Shown piece after piece: positions 1-12,533 of a stretch of 64,000 bases of DNA; positions within the stretch are counted from its first letter, which is position 1; every line of letters begins with the position of its first letter. The position numbers and the translations under genes are program-made. The stretch comes from Carcharhinus longimanus (lineage: Eukaryota). The notes under the pieces are model-generated. The model ran no database searches. It was not told where the DNA came from and was given only the letters and a program-made list of their open reading frames with translations. The DNA lies in the NCBI GenBank assembly GCA_030264375.1, contig JASCQW010000160.1, positions 17,351,920 to 17,415,919 on the forward strand, in the 5' to 3' direction.

Positions 1-75
1 CCTGGGTGGGATTGTGTTCGGTGCAGACTCAATGGGCCGAGGGGCCTCTTTCTGCACTGTAGGGTTCTATGATTC
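1..75 (+). mobile_element. 3' end of HE1-like (V-SINE) element
   Basis: cctgggtgggattgtg..ggtgcagactcaatgggccga..ttctgcactgtagggttctatgattc matches the 3' ends of the SINE copies at 11197, 21005 and 34632. Confidence 0.8.
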
Positions 76-221
76 ACCCCCTGGGTTTTTAATGAGGTTC
101 ACGATTGTGACCTCTGCAGGGCAGGGAGTATGGGAGATTCAGGTCTGAAGCTGCACTGGAGAAACAGTCGTGATCTAGAACAGTTTTCCCTCCAATTCAG
201 CACTTTTGGGAGAATCGCCAT

Positions 222-1310
222 CATCATGTAACTACCTCGCTGGAGTCATTTGAGGAGGCAACAGAGAAGGTTGAATAAAGGCAATGCTGTTATATATGGA
301 TTTTCAAAAGGCATTAGATGCAGTGACATGCAATAGATTTGTGAGCCAAATTCTAACCTGTTGAATAAAAGGGAAAGTAGGCACTTGGGTAAGAAATTGG
401 CTGAGTGATCGGAACCATAGCGTGATGGCTGTTTTTTAGATTGAGAAAGGTTTGTAGTGGGGTTCCCTGGGGGTCAGTGTTCTAACTTTAACCTGGTGTT
501 GTGAGACTTCTTACTGTGATTACCCCAGTCCAATGCTGGCGTCTCCACGTCAGTGTTGTAACCATTGCTCTTCCTGATATGTATTAATGACCTAAACTAT
601 AGCGTTCAGGGCATGATTTCAAAATTTGCTGATGATACGAAGANNNNNNNNNNAAACATTGTTAACTGTAATGAGGATAGTCTTGAACTTCTAAAGGACA
701 TAGACATGTTTGTGGGTTGGGCAGACAAGGGGCAAATGAAGTTTGATGCAGAGAAGTGTGAGGTGATTCATTTTGGCAGCATGAATATGGAGACACAGTT
801 TAAAAGGAAGGGGGGAAACTCTAAAGGAGGTGCAGGCACCGATGGACCTTGGTGTGTATCATTGAATGTGGCAGGGCACGTTGAGAGAGCAGATAATAAA
901 ACATATGGTATCTTAGGCTTTATCAATGGGGGCATTGAGTACAAGAGTAAGGAAGTCATGTTAAGATTGCATAAGGCACTAGTTAGGCCCATCGCATCCA
1001 GTTCTGGGTACCATACTTGAGGAAGGATGTGAAAGCACTGGAGAGGGTACAGAGGAGATTCTGCAAGAAAGCTACAATTGCTTGTCACGAGAAGCAATGA
1101 GATTAGAATGGATAGGGTAGAACTGTTTTCCTTGGAGAAAAGAAGACTGCAAGGATACTTAATCGAGGTATTCAAGATCCTGAGGGGTATTGATAGGGTA
1201 AATAGTGAGAAACTGTTCACACACAAGAGAGCATCAGGAACTGGAGGGCGCTGATTCAAAATAATTGGCAAAAGAAGTAAGAGCGATATGAGGAAAGACT
1301 TTTTTTTTAC
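222..1310 (+). mobile_element. CR1-clade LINE (HER1-like) ORF2 RT/3' fragment, degenerate
   Basis: Translations show GVPxGSV(L)..LLFLICINDL, ISKFADDTK, KFDAEKCEVIHFG, GIEYKSKEVMLRLHKALVRP and LFSLEKRRL, the typical CR1 RT motifs. Stops and frameshifts are present. Confidence 0.9.
482..552 (+). mobile_element. Penelope-like pLTR 3' remnant inserted into the CR1 PQGS motif
   Basis: ctttaacctggtgttgtgagacttcttactg matches the tail of the Penelope element at 29771-29801. It is flanked by duplicated gtcagtgtt (473-481 and 549-557). Confidence 0.8.
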
Positions 1311-3382
1311 CTACAGGAGCCTTCCACATTCTTTTCAGATAACAATCCAATTCCCTCAATTGAATCTGCCTCCACTGCCTTTTCAGGAAGTTTGTTCCAG
1401 GCACCAGACACCCTTTGGGTAAAAAAATTCTAGTCTGTCTTCCAATAGACTGAACTTGTAAATTACAGGTAACTGCCTGTAAAGGGCAGTAATGAAATCT
1501 GGAAATCTACTCAGTGGATGTACCTGTCGGCACTTCTGAACCAACCATTTCAACTTTATTAAAATGGTTGTTATCTTCACACTGGTTGCCATGGGTTCCA
1601 CTATCCTAAAAGACCAAGTTCCAGCTGTTGCATTCGTCTGCTAATAGGCAATCCCTTTCTGCCATCTAATTTTCTTATCAGAAGACATCAAGAATACAAG
1701 AACTAAGGGACTTCCAGATACACGCAATTTTTTTTGCAAAGATTTATTATATCAAAATACAAAACATTTTTGAAGCAGAATAATGTTACATGGGAATTAA
1801 GCAGCTGAAAATGTCCACACAGTAGTTCCCACACTACCTTGCAGTTATATGTCCTCTATTGTTTCTCTGACATGTTCTGAGCTGAGCACACACACATTTC
1901 TTCATGAACATGCACCATTTTTACTCTGATTGATTACACAGCAGGTTTGAAATATTCAGAAATGGTTGGGTACCAGGACTCCCCCCGATCCTTCAGGAAC
2001 ATAAAATATTAGCTGGACTGCTGGTATCACCTGCTACTGTAAGTGCCTGACATCACTGCCAGAAGATATGGATGATTCTTCTGAATATCTTATTTAGAAC
2101 TCCACTCCCATAACATAGTGAGTTATTTGCGATAATACATTGGTGTGATACGTACATGTGTAACAGGCCTGAGAGGGGAATATAAGTCTGTATCAATCAA
2201 ATTTGTGTTGTGCGGTGCTGAATAGGTATCTTTACATTGGGAAATACTCACTCAACACTCAGTTTAGTAAGATGGTAAATGCTCCTCACCTTTAAGGCAT
2301 AAGAACAGAAGGTGGCCACACAGCCATCAAGCCTGTTCCACTGAAGCAGTATCATCTTGTGGGTGCCATATAGGATCGATGACCCACTCCACTGACCCTC
2401 TTACAGTTAGATCTCATCTAAGCCCTCTTGTTGTTACAGTATTGCAACATGACTTTATGTATGGCCTGCACTCATTAAAATCCCACTTAAGCTCTGAGGC
2501 AATGTCAGATTTATTTTTGACGACAAGTTCTACATTGAATGCCAAAAGCAATCAGTCCACCTTCCCACACTGCTACTTCCAGAGCTTTGCCAATTTTGGA
2601 GGGAAAATAGCAATCAATGGTACTTTGGAAAGGTACACAAATCCCATTGAAAACGCTATTCAAAAATAAACAGCGTGCCAAAAATCTCTTGTTTGAAGAG
2701 TGTCAATTCAGTCAGCTTTATTGCAGCTTAATTTCTGCGTGGGTAACATCTTAAAATTAGCTATCCATTAACAGATTAAAAATAAAGGCAACAACTGTCT
2801 GAGGTCTGCTTTAAAGGAGGAAACAAACTGAATTAGTGGGAGACAAGGCTTGAATTGGAGACCGATGTGTTGGCTTAGGGTAATGTTTGCCGTTGTGTGC
2901 ATTATAGAGTTCCAAGTCTTGCAGAGATAAATAAAAGCCAATTTTATATTGCACAATTGAAAGAAACAGTCATTGTATGCAATGGGGCCAGCAGTGATAT
3001 TCTAATTACTGTTGAGTCTGAATCTGTAATTTCAACATTTTGGGAGGAGAAAGTATCATAACATGAGAAAGAATGAGTTCCTGTGTATTGCCAAAATGGG
3101 AGGCGTTTGCTTTCAACTCCCAAACCCACTGCAACATATTTGAAGTCTAAAATAAATGGTTACAACAGATGGTGTAGAAAGATGGGCTTTGAATACTGTG
3201 TCAGATCAGTGCAAAATTCTTTTGAAATACATGCTCAATGGGGCTAATTAACCTTTGTTATCTCAAGACATCAGTCTGATAAAATTCAATGTGCAGCCCC
3301 AACCTCATCTAATAAATCTCCCTATTCTGCTTTGGGTTCATTAGTCTCATTAGATTCTACAATTTTACAGAAATTAGATTAT

Positions 3383-3556
3383 GGGTGAGATTCTCCTCCC
3401 CACGGTGGTGGGAGGTGGTGGGATCCTCTGGTCCCACTGTTGTCACTGGGAATTCCCATTGAAGCCACCCCACAATGCTGGGAAACTCATGGCAGGGGGT
3501 ACAACATTGGTAGGACCAGAGGGTCCCGACGGTGTGAACGGCCAGAGAATCCTGAG
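3383..3556. mobile_element. Palindromic MITE (subfamily with ttcccattga core)
   Basis: Inverted termini (gggtgagattctc..gagaatcc). The core is shared with 9588-9790. Confidence 0.65.
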
Positions 3557-3562
3557 TTATTA

Positions 3563-3727
3563 CTGGAATTCTCCAACCTCACCCATGGCTGGGATTCTTC
3601 AACCTCGCCCGTGGCTGGGATTCTTCAGCCTCACCGTTGGTTGGGATTCTCTGGTCGTAAATGGAGTTTTGGCTGAGTGTCAAATTCTTGCTGGTGGCGA
3701 GGCGAACGAGATCAGAGAATTTGGGCC
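3563..3727. mobile_element. Palindromic MITE with 26-bp tandem amplification of the left arm
   Basis: ctggaattctcc..gagaatttgggcc termini. The core aatggag(t)tttggctgag is shared with 31050 and 62725. The 26-bp period starts at 3565, 3591, 3617 and 3643. Confidence 0.65.
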
Positions 3728-6700
3728 AAATGTTTATATCTGCATTTAGTGCACAGGCACATTTAGCTAGTTAAGTATGCACACATTTGAAAACACCATC
3801 CAAGTTTGTGTCTGAATATTTAAAATAATATAAAAATTTACCCTGGCGGAAATTTTAAAAAAATGTTTTGCTGGGTATATTTGTAATATCATTGGAAGTG
3901 GTAGCATCAACGATTGGAAAATTTGTGATTAAATATACCAGTGCAAGCTGAAATATAAATAACAATTATCTGGGACAAATTCCATTTTGGTATTTGGATT
4001 TAACACTGCAACTAAATCATACATTTTCTTCAGCTTCTTCTCATTCTCAGTTCAATTATTTTGATGTTGATGCCTCAACCAGATTATTTTTAAGTCATTT
4101 AATAGATGCTTGGAGTTACAGACATAGGCCAGGATTTTATGGCCCTTCCCACCCAGAGGGATGTTATGACTCTGTCGATGTAAATGGCAATTAAAATAGC
4201 TGCCGCTTCCGTTGGGGTGAACGGGAGACACTGTAATGACTTCAATCAGGCCATTGAGGTTGGCCTATTGGAAAATGAACTCCCTCATTAAGGAGTCAAT
4301 TGGTGGGCCAATCAGGGAGTCTTTTACTTGTATTTAACTGGGAGTGTCAGTTCCTCTAGCACTCCCAAAGGTAGACTGCTGACTGATAGCACTCTGTGTA
4401 TTGATATTGGAATGGTAAATAAAGGAATTTTGGTGAAGAGACTTTTGCCTCCAAAGACTTGTTGCAGACATGTTGTGGTGGGGCTGGAAAATCCTGGCCA
4501 TCGGGTTTGAGTTAGCATAATTCAGTCATAAGATTCCAAATATGCTCAGGGTGCACTCAATCGTTATCAGAATAGTAGACAGAAGGTTATAAGTCAAAAA
4601 CTGCTGTGGCAATAATGCATGTGACCCAATCACAAAACGAGATTAAAGGTAACCATCTTACCTTCTTGATCGAAGGTCATGGTTGCAGGTGACAAAAGCG
4701 GGGAAAGAAAATGCTTTTAAGTAACTGTTGCAAAATCAGAACAATTAAAAAATTGGAATGAACTAGATTATCAACTACAAATACAGGACCTCCAATCATT
4801 CAATATCCACTGTTCATGCATCAACTGTCTTGTTTGTACTGGTTGATAACTGAAGCAAAGGCAGGCAGGAAATTTCCATCATTGACTTAGCAAAGTGCAC
4901 TGCGTGGCACCCACTGCTTTCAATGACAGAGCAATCAATGAGTCCTCTGAATCACCCCATAAATGAAAGAACTTCGGAGCTAAAAGCAAAATAAAATAAA
5001 CCAAAACATATCAAAGCATTCGGCCTCTTTACCAAATCAAGATTGAGGATGTTGGGAAGACCAATTCTCTGTTCTTCAAATGATACAGTAATAGCATTTC
5101 CCCCCTTCAGTGGTAAATGCGTTTAAGACTCAGTGATTTTATTATGATCTAAAACAATTGAAGCCCAATGTTAAGAATGTATCCTCTGGGCAGTAATGGC
5201 TCTCTTCAAATGTTATCAGGTCATTTATTGATTTATGTTTGTGTGTCAGGAGTTTCCTCCGTAAGCAGTTCGTGGATTATGTAAGATCTACGGCACCAAG
5301 ATGGGCCATTGGGTCAGGTGACTGATGCTGGCTTTTGCACCACACGCAAATCCCCTCTCACCCCAGTTCATGTTGCACTATTCAGAAAGATTATTCAGCC
5401 AACTCAATTGTAAATGACTAAATTATCGTGTTTGGCTATCCCTTGTCTGTCCTGCACCCAAACCAGGCAATCCAGCAGTCCGCTGTATCATTCCCAATGG
5501 ATTTCAATTTTATATGATTGAGGGAACAGAGGGAGGCTAAGAGCCCAGGTAGGATATATAGCATTAAATATTCTACAGATAAGGCTTTGGTACAGCACCA
5601 TTTTGTTTTGATCATAGACATAAACATTCTGCATTTATTGAAAAAAGTTATCACAACAGTAATACCTGAAGTTGGTTCAATTAACCCTCTAGTTGCCATT
5701 TTGCAGGCTTTATTTCAAATATTACGTGCACAATGCTGATACCAGAAAGAGGATTTCCCGTTAGATTATGATGAAGCCTTCCTGGTAGTTAGCACATGCG
5801 GTGACACAATAGGCAATGTCTCACTCCTGTCTGACAAAGTACAAAATGTGTGTGTCGCATTGCTTAGGTTTATAAACCAGAAAGAAAACTATAAAATTAT
5901 TTCAAATTAACGTATCTGCTTTATAATTAACCAGTCATCTTCCCCAATAAAAGAAGAATTGGGAGAATATAGCTGATCAGTTTGTTTTGACATTTTCAGC
6001 AATGATACAGTTTGCTAAATGAGGGGCTGAAGCATTAGCATCAAGAGGGTTAATGTCACTGCAAAACTGTGCTTCTGATTATCACTAGAAAAATTTGCCG
6101 TTGTAATGTACAAGATGATTATATTCTGAGTGAGGCATTGATGAAGAAAACCGTTACAGCCTTTAGACCACATTTCTTTGTTTTGGTGGGGGGAATAACA
6201 AATATTGCAGTACCTTGTTGCAGCACTGAGAGTGTGCATTGCGCATCAGTAATGGAGTGGTTGCAATATGATAATTTGCTGAACTAGACGCTTTCACAAA
6301 AGAGATCTTGAAAATTACACTGTGCAAATATTGGCTGAACACATTCGTATGAATTGCTGTTTTAATGTGGATGTTCGCCCGTTCATTTCAACTGGATAAG
6401 GGAGTTTTTCTCAAGATTGATTAACGTGAAATATTATGCTTTTTTCCGGTTAATAATTGTGTTCATTTGAATTTAAAAATGGGTGAGCTGTGATAAGGCT
6501 GCAGTGAAAATAAGCATCAGTGCACAATTAACACAAAAGAACAATCTGGGCCTTAGATTTCAGTTACATAGTGTGAAATGTGGTCTAGATGCTGTTCAGA
6601 TGGTATTACTTTCACCAAACAGCATCTCCCTCCCTATGGATCAATGTGAACCAGTAAGACCTTCGGTAACTCCTCAGCAGCTGGTCCTGAATAAATCAAG

Positions 6701-7924
6701 TTGGCTTTTCAAAGAGGCCAATTATGATGCTGAATATCATCACTAAAATTAAAATCCACAATTACATTAAAAAGACAGCCCACACTTCTCCGGTTTATGT
6801 AGGCCGTGTATCAAAAACAAAATTGCATTAAGAACAACAATGTAAGCCTCTAAGCAAAAAATTTGTCTGCAAAATGTATAGGCTTCATATTTTTTATCAC
6901 AGCTTTCTTTTTAGATAGACTCATTAGAAACATTTTAGAACAGCGATTACACTCATTTACATTCAGGATACCTATACTGGGGTCTCTCCCGATTTCTCAC
7001 ATTCTGAGTTTTAAAGCTTTTGAAGACTAAAGCTTTGCACCAAATCACATCTGCCAATTCTGAAGAATAAATATACCATTTCCAAATTCCTCGGAGCACT
7101 TTGACACAAAATGTGGAACAATTCGCAAGCTCTATACTTTATTCCAATAATATTCTGTTCCAGCATGACCTGTTTATATAAATGAACGAAGCCAGCGATA
7201 GCTGGTACATTTATTCCTTAGATTCCTCTAAATAGATAAAACTATTAAAATCAACATTTCTCACATTGAGCCAGTGGCTTTGTTCTTCACTGAGACTCAG
7301 ATACTTCAATTACTTTGCAGGTTTGCTGCATTGCAGAAGTGCCTCACCATCTTTGTTTTAAAGATTTGCAAAGGTCATCATCCAGTTAGCGTTCAAACCA
7401 ATTTCCTTAAAGGTGCAGAGTTGGGGAAGGTTGGAGAACTTTGAGAAATAGTTTAAAACATTCTGACCCGGAACAGTGACATCCTGGACTGTTTGAAAAG
7501 GAGTTGTAGAGTTTCCTAAAACAGTCAGTGGTAAAATCCTATAGGTTTTATATAAATAATGAAATACAACTTCATGGCCCAGAAAAGGGTGACACTTTTA
7601 AAAAAAAAGTCTGATGTGACTCACTTGATTAACAACAAGCACCAAGAAGATTAATCCATAAGTTAAATTCAGTTGAAAAACCATAAAGCTTTGGGAAATC
7701 AATCCCAGTAAAGAACATTTTATATAACATTTAATAGGTACAGACAACTGCTGTTAAGGGAGTGAATTCAAGTTCTAAAATTATCGTTGGCTGAACTACT
7801 TTACATTTCCAAAATTGTTTTTTTTTATCAGTTGTTGGAATTTATAATCAGCATGAGGAAAGTATGAAAGGACAATGACCGTACAAGTCCATCCAGATAT
7901 GGTTTTCTGTAGCCCCCACTGTCA

Positions 7925-8270
7925 GGGTTAGACACTAAGCCATACAGACCAGAAAGCTTTCAGGTTTTATGCTTTGGTCTGTGTGAAGCAGTCAACTGAT
8001 CTCAGCCAGATTTGTTTTGGGGGGGCGGGGGGGGAGGTGTGCTAGATTTGGCCTCAGCAGTCATGGGTTTGGGGTGCGGGGNNNNNNNNNNNNNNNNNNN
8101 NNNGGGGGGGGTTTGGGGAGTAGGGGGAGAGGCAAAATCAGTTGGCTGCTTCTGAAGTCCAACCTGCGATTCTTCTGGGAAATGGGGTGTGTCTAGACAT
8201 CAAGCCAGACATCAGAATCATGGTTGTGATGCTTCACATTACCATTGCTGACTCAGATGTAAAGAATAAC
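7925..8270 (+). mobile_element. Old SINE-like repeat with G-rich interior
   Basis: ccatacagaccag..ggtctgtg..ctgatctcagcc..ttggcctcagc. Weaker similarity is seen at 33650-33755 and 44910-45210. The family assignment is from recall only. Confidence 0.4.
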
Positions 8271-9228
8271 TGTGTGCATCAGTCTAAGGACTTCTGCTGG
8301 CTATAGGATAGTATCTGGCATGAACTGTCATGGAAGGCAACAAAGTAGGGGGTGTAAAATAGACCCTCTTTATACTGTGCCAAGCAAATGCCAATTGGCA
8401 GGAATCTGGACAATTCCAGGGTCTTACAATTATTATCTTCAGCCATGATTGGGACAGTAAGAATACAGCAATGGCATTTTGAGATAAACCCCATCACGCT
8501 GTTCCTTCACAGTTACACAACTATTCACACATTGGACAACAATGTGCAAGGGGCCTCTCATAACATTAGTCCCATTCAAACTGATCTTTCGCTTCTCTAG
8601 CGAAAGGAATTGGTCATGTTTCTCTTAAAAACAAAAAGCATTACGAATTCCTGTCATGCATAACCATCCCAAGAGCAACCCTCCCCTCCCTCCCACGACC
8701 CATTTGCACCATTTGAAACCACCCAAACCATTTGAAATGATGGGCACAACCTAACATTTTCTACACAAGTATCTCACAATGAAGAAAAGCACAAAGCTGA
8801 GAAATGCTTCCAACATGCAACTCAATAAGAAACACCGATTGGGGAGGGTTCTGCTTTTTTTCAGTCAGGAGATCAGATGAGGCACACAACATTCCTTTTG
8901 TTCCTTCATCGTTCTACAACGGAAAGACCTGATTCATGTTGGAAACTAGATTGACACCAACAAATGCCAGGTATTCCAGATTTTAAACTTACATGTATGG
9001 TTATAAAAGGTACACTGTAATGACTGTACATTATTAGTAAAACCTTGTGAACATGATAGATAACAGCTCAAGCTTCTTTTACTTAGTTCACTGGCTTAGT
9101 CTCTCTCTTTCAACATCCCCTCTATGCCTCTCAATATAAAACTCTCATGAAATTCACATAATGACATGACAATCATAAAAGTACAAATGCCACACATTTT
9201 GAAAAAAAACTGAGTGCTGAATAAAATA

Positions 9229-10010
9229 GGGGCTGTGTTTTGCAGTACAAGTCACAGTGAAGCTATCAGAGTTCACTGTTATTTCTGAGGAAATCGTACA
9301 GCAGCTTCAGTGGCCACACATGGACATGTGATCACAGAATTCAGGAAGTTTTTACTTCTCTAGGAGCTGTGTAAGACTTGGCATCGATATAGTTTGAACA
9401 CCATGAAATTGCTGTACTTACCTGATGTAAAAAAGTTAGGGCTTGAACAGTCCTGCTTAATTACCTTTTTCAGTTTGATATAACTTAATTACTTGCGAAC
9501 AACCTCTCTGGCACTGAAAATTAACTTTTACAAGTGTGGAGTTTCATTTCTTCAGATTTTAGTTACTACTGGAGACTTGAAAGAATATGGTGGGGATGGG
9601 TCTTGTCTGGCCTCCCCACTGCATGTTTCTCGCAGCAAGAGGCAGCACGCTATTTGCTGGTGGCAGAATCTTCTGGTCCTGCCACTGTCAATGGGATTTC
9701 CCATTGACTGCACCCAATGTAGCTGAGAAACACATGGCTGTCAGTGAGACTAGGAGATCCAGCCGACATGAACGGCTGAAAAATTCCAACCAATGTTTTT
9801 GTTACCTTTTCTTTGTTTCTTGTATGTCTCTTTTCATCCAATCTTTCCCTCTTTTTAATCCTTCTATGACATTGAACTCAATATTCTGACACCTCCTGAT
9901 TTAGACTCTGTGCTGCTCATCAATGAGCTATATAATTGCTGGCATTGTTCACACGAGCCCTACAAATTCTGGAGAGGGTCCCTACATTTCTCTGACTTTG
10001 GCTGACAAGA
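9229..10010. repeat. Old interspersed repeat (probable non-autonomous DNA element), interrupted by a MITE
   Basis: 9487-9570 aligns with 16419-16500 (ttact..aacaac..tggca.tgaaaatt..aagtgtgga..cttcaga). ttagactctg at 9901 matches 16594. Confidence 0.5.
9588..9790. mobile_element. Palindromic MITE (ttcccattga core)
   Basis: Shares ctggtcc..cactgtcaatgggatttcccattga..gaacggc..aaaattcc with 3383-3556. Confidence 0.65.
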
Positions 10011-10011
10011 G

Positions 10012-10128
10012 ATGGAATTTTTCTGTTCCACCAGCCACAGAAATCGTACCAGGCGGGAAACGGACCGTGCAAAGATCCGTTAACCTCAGGTGAGACCTTG
10101 GAGCGAGCGTGATTGTAAAATCCTGCCC
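10012..10128. mobile_element. Palindromic MITE (aaaggtccattgacctcgg core)
   Basis: tggaatttt..gtaaaatcctgccc termini. Similar to 19058, 28663, 30784, 49537 and 62577. Confidence 0.7.
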
Positions 10129-10159
10129 AAGAACTTCCAAAATTATTTTGAAACACTGG

Positions 10160-10580
10160 AAGAGGCTATTCAGTCCATTGTATCTATGTTGGCTCTCTAT
10201 AAAACCAACTTTGCGAGTCCAACTCCCATGCCTTTTCTTTCAGCCCTGCAAATCTTTTCCTAACTCCCTTCAGAAAGCCATGTCTGAACATGCCTCCACC
10301 ACATTCTCAGACAATACATTCCAAGTCCTTTCTACTTGTTGTGTGAAAAAACTTCTCTTCATGTCACTGTTGAATCTTTTGGCAATCACTTCAAATCGGT
10401 GTCCCCTGCTTTTTGACCCTTTCACTATGGGGACAGTTGATCTTTATCTACCCTGCTGAGACGCACTCCCCTCCCCACCCCCCATGATCTTGTAAACCTC
10501 TATCAAATCTCCTCTCGACCTCCTCCAAGGAGAACAACCCCAGATTCTCCAGTCCGTCCACTTAGCTGAAGTCCCTCACG
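10160..10580 (-). mobile_element. Degenerate CR1 LINE 3' end
   Basis: Reverse-strand CR1 3' signature (tgtaaacctctatcaaatctcctct..ccaaggagaacaacccca; attccaagtcct..tgtgtgaaaaaact), also seen at 18068-18700. Confidence 0.7.
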
Positions 10581-10863
10581 TAAGAGCCGTAGAAAGTCAA
10601 TCGGCAGATGCAGCAAATGGTGCCACAATCCTGCCCGTATTAAATAAAGGTGAGGTGTCACTTCCACTGTCAACACAGGCTGATCATTTAACATTCCTGG
10701 CAGCATGGCTAATGACAAATTCTGAGTATTTTTGTGCTGTGAATTCAAGTTAATCCAGAGCTTGACATAGAGCTGGGATGAGGCAGCTGAAGCTGAGTTA
10801 ATTTAGGAGCATTCATCCCTTACTTTGCGAGGACAGCTGTTTACAAATGCCCTTGCAGTGAGT

Positions 10864-10942
10864 ACAGTAAAAAGTCTGACAACACCTGTCAGACTTTTTA
10901 CTGTGTTTACGCCAGTCCAACGCCGGCATACCCACATCATGA
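10864..10942 (+). mobile_element. Penelope-like pLTR mini-insertion with inverted 5' segment
   Basis: Hairpin acagtaaaaagtctgaca/tgtcagactttttactgt followed by ccagtccaacgccggcat..cacatcat. A 12-bp direct repeat cttgcagtgagt flanks it at 10852-10863 and 10943-10954. Confidence 0.8.
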
Positions 10943-11196
10943 CTTGCAGTGAGTGCCAGGGCTGCGCGACATTTGAGTCTGTCAACTGCACATGACAGGC
11001 TTCAGCATTTACTGGCTTTTATTCAGATGGAAGACTCATAAAGACTGAGCAGATAAATATAACCTTACTCACTAGAGGGAAAATGATAGTTACTTTTACT
11101 TTACACGCCACCCAATTTTTATTTTCTATGGAGGAAGTGTAAAATAGATGGCAAATTCCCTCTTCCTGCAGGCTAGGTTACAAAACACCCCCTTAA

Positions 11197-11519
11197 GGGC
11201 AGCACAGTGGTTAGCGCTGCTGCCTCACAGCACCAGAGATTCCAGCCTTGAGAGACTAGTTGTGTGAAGTTTTCACATTCTCCCCATGTCTGCATGGATT
11301 TCCTCCAGGTGCTCCAAAGATGTGCAGGTTAGGTGGACTGGCCGTGCTACATTGCCCCTTAGTGTCCAAAGATGTGTGAGTTAAATTGTCCCTTAGTGTC
11401 GGAGGGATTAGTGGGGTAAATGATGTGGTTATGGGGATAGGGCCAGGTGGGATTGTTGTCAGTGTAGGCTCCGTGGGCTGAATGGCCTTCTTCTGCACTG
11501 TAGGAATTCCATGATTCTA
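11197..11519 (+). mobile_element. HE1-like tRNA-derived V-SINE
   Basis: tRNA-like head (gggcagcacagtggttagcgctgctgcctcacagc), V-domain-like tttcctccaggtgctcc..aaagatgtgcaggttagg, and CR1-like tail ending atgattcta. Confidence 0.85.
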
Positions 11520-11881
11520 AATATTTCACCTTGATAAACTGAATGTGAAAGATTAACAATTGTGAGTGCAGGCTTACTGAATGAAAAAAAACACAGAACA
11601 AGACTTCAATCCACTAATCTAATGGATGAAATGTTACTTACAACCTTGGCTGCATTGCTTGACCAATGAATCACTATTTGAAGCTTCTTTAACACAACTG
11701 TACCACATGGAGGAGTGTGTTGGAAATAAAACCACAAAATTAGATGTAAACTGGGAATTAGCTCACTGGGAACTGGACACTGGCAGAATCGAAGAACTTG
11801 ACAACCCTCAGTCTCAGTCAGTCACCTCGTTACTAACTGGCTTCAAATTCAAGCCCCCAAGTCAAAGAGCAGGAAGCTAAT

Positions 11882-12042
11882 AGAAAATGCTGGAAATTCT
11901 CAGCAGGTCTTACAGCATCTGTGGGGAGAGAATAGAACTAATATTTCAAGTCTGGATGACCCTTTGTCAGAGCTCTATTCTCTCCCTACAGATGCTGTCA
12001 GATCTGCTGAGATTTTCCAGCATTTTCTGCTTTTGTTTCAGA
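11882..12042. mobile_element. Penelope-like pLTR inverted-repeat remnant (second family) with hammerhead core in the loop
   Basis: About 56-bp inverted arms (11882-11938 versus 11971-12028). The minus-strand loop reads agctCTGACAAagggtcatccagacttGAAAtatt. Confidence 0.8.
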
Positions 12043-12533
12043 TGTTTTTATCTTAGGAAGCTGATAGACTGGTACCAATCAAAACCATTTGTGAAGGAAC
12101 AGAGAAGTTCAACACAGACTGCGTTTGTGACATAAACTGACTGAAGTCACCCAGTTGCTAACGTGGTGCAGAAAGCTCGTTTGTTAACCCACAACCAAAC
12201 AAGGGAAGGCTGGTGGAAGAGTATTGTGTGGTTAGGCCTCATTCATTCAGACCTCCAGGTCACTTATTCATCACAACATCATTGCCTTATACATTCCCCT
12301 AATAAACTAGATCAAGATCTTCACTTCCCAACAGTAAAAATGTCCAAGCTTTGCTTTGAAATAGAATGCAATGTTATGACTTTAGATATATAGGATTAAT
12401 ATGGATTCATTCTGAATTCAATGCTATTGATTTCAATATGTGATTACTACCACATAAACGAACAACGTCCTATACAGCACATCTGATAATAGCCAAGAGC
12501 GAGAAGTGACCAAATATTAGTCTTCAAAGTTAC

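Noticed and set aside
3563-3655. Possible CRISPR-like repeat array
   Set aside because: These are head-to-tail tandem units without unique spacers, in a eukaryotic context with no cas genes.
8019-8130. G-quadruplex-capable G-runs
   Set aside because: They lie inside an old repeat and next to an N-gap, where homopolymer lengths are unreliable.
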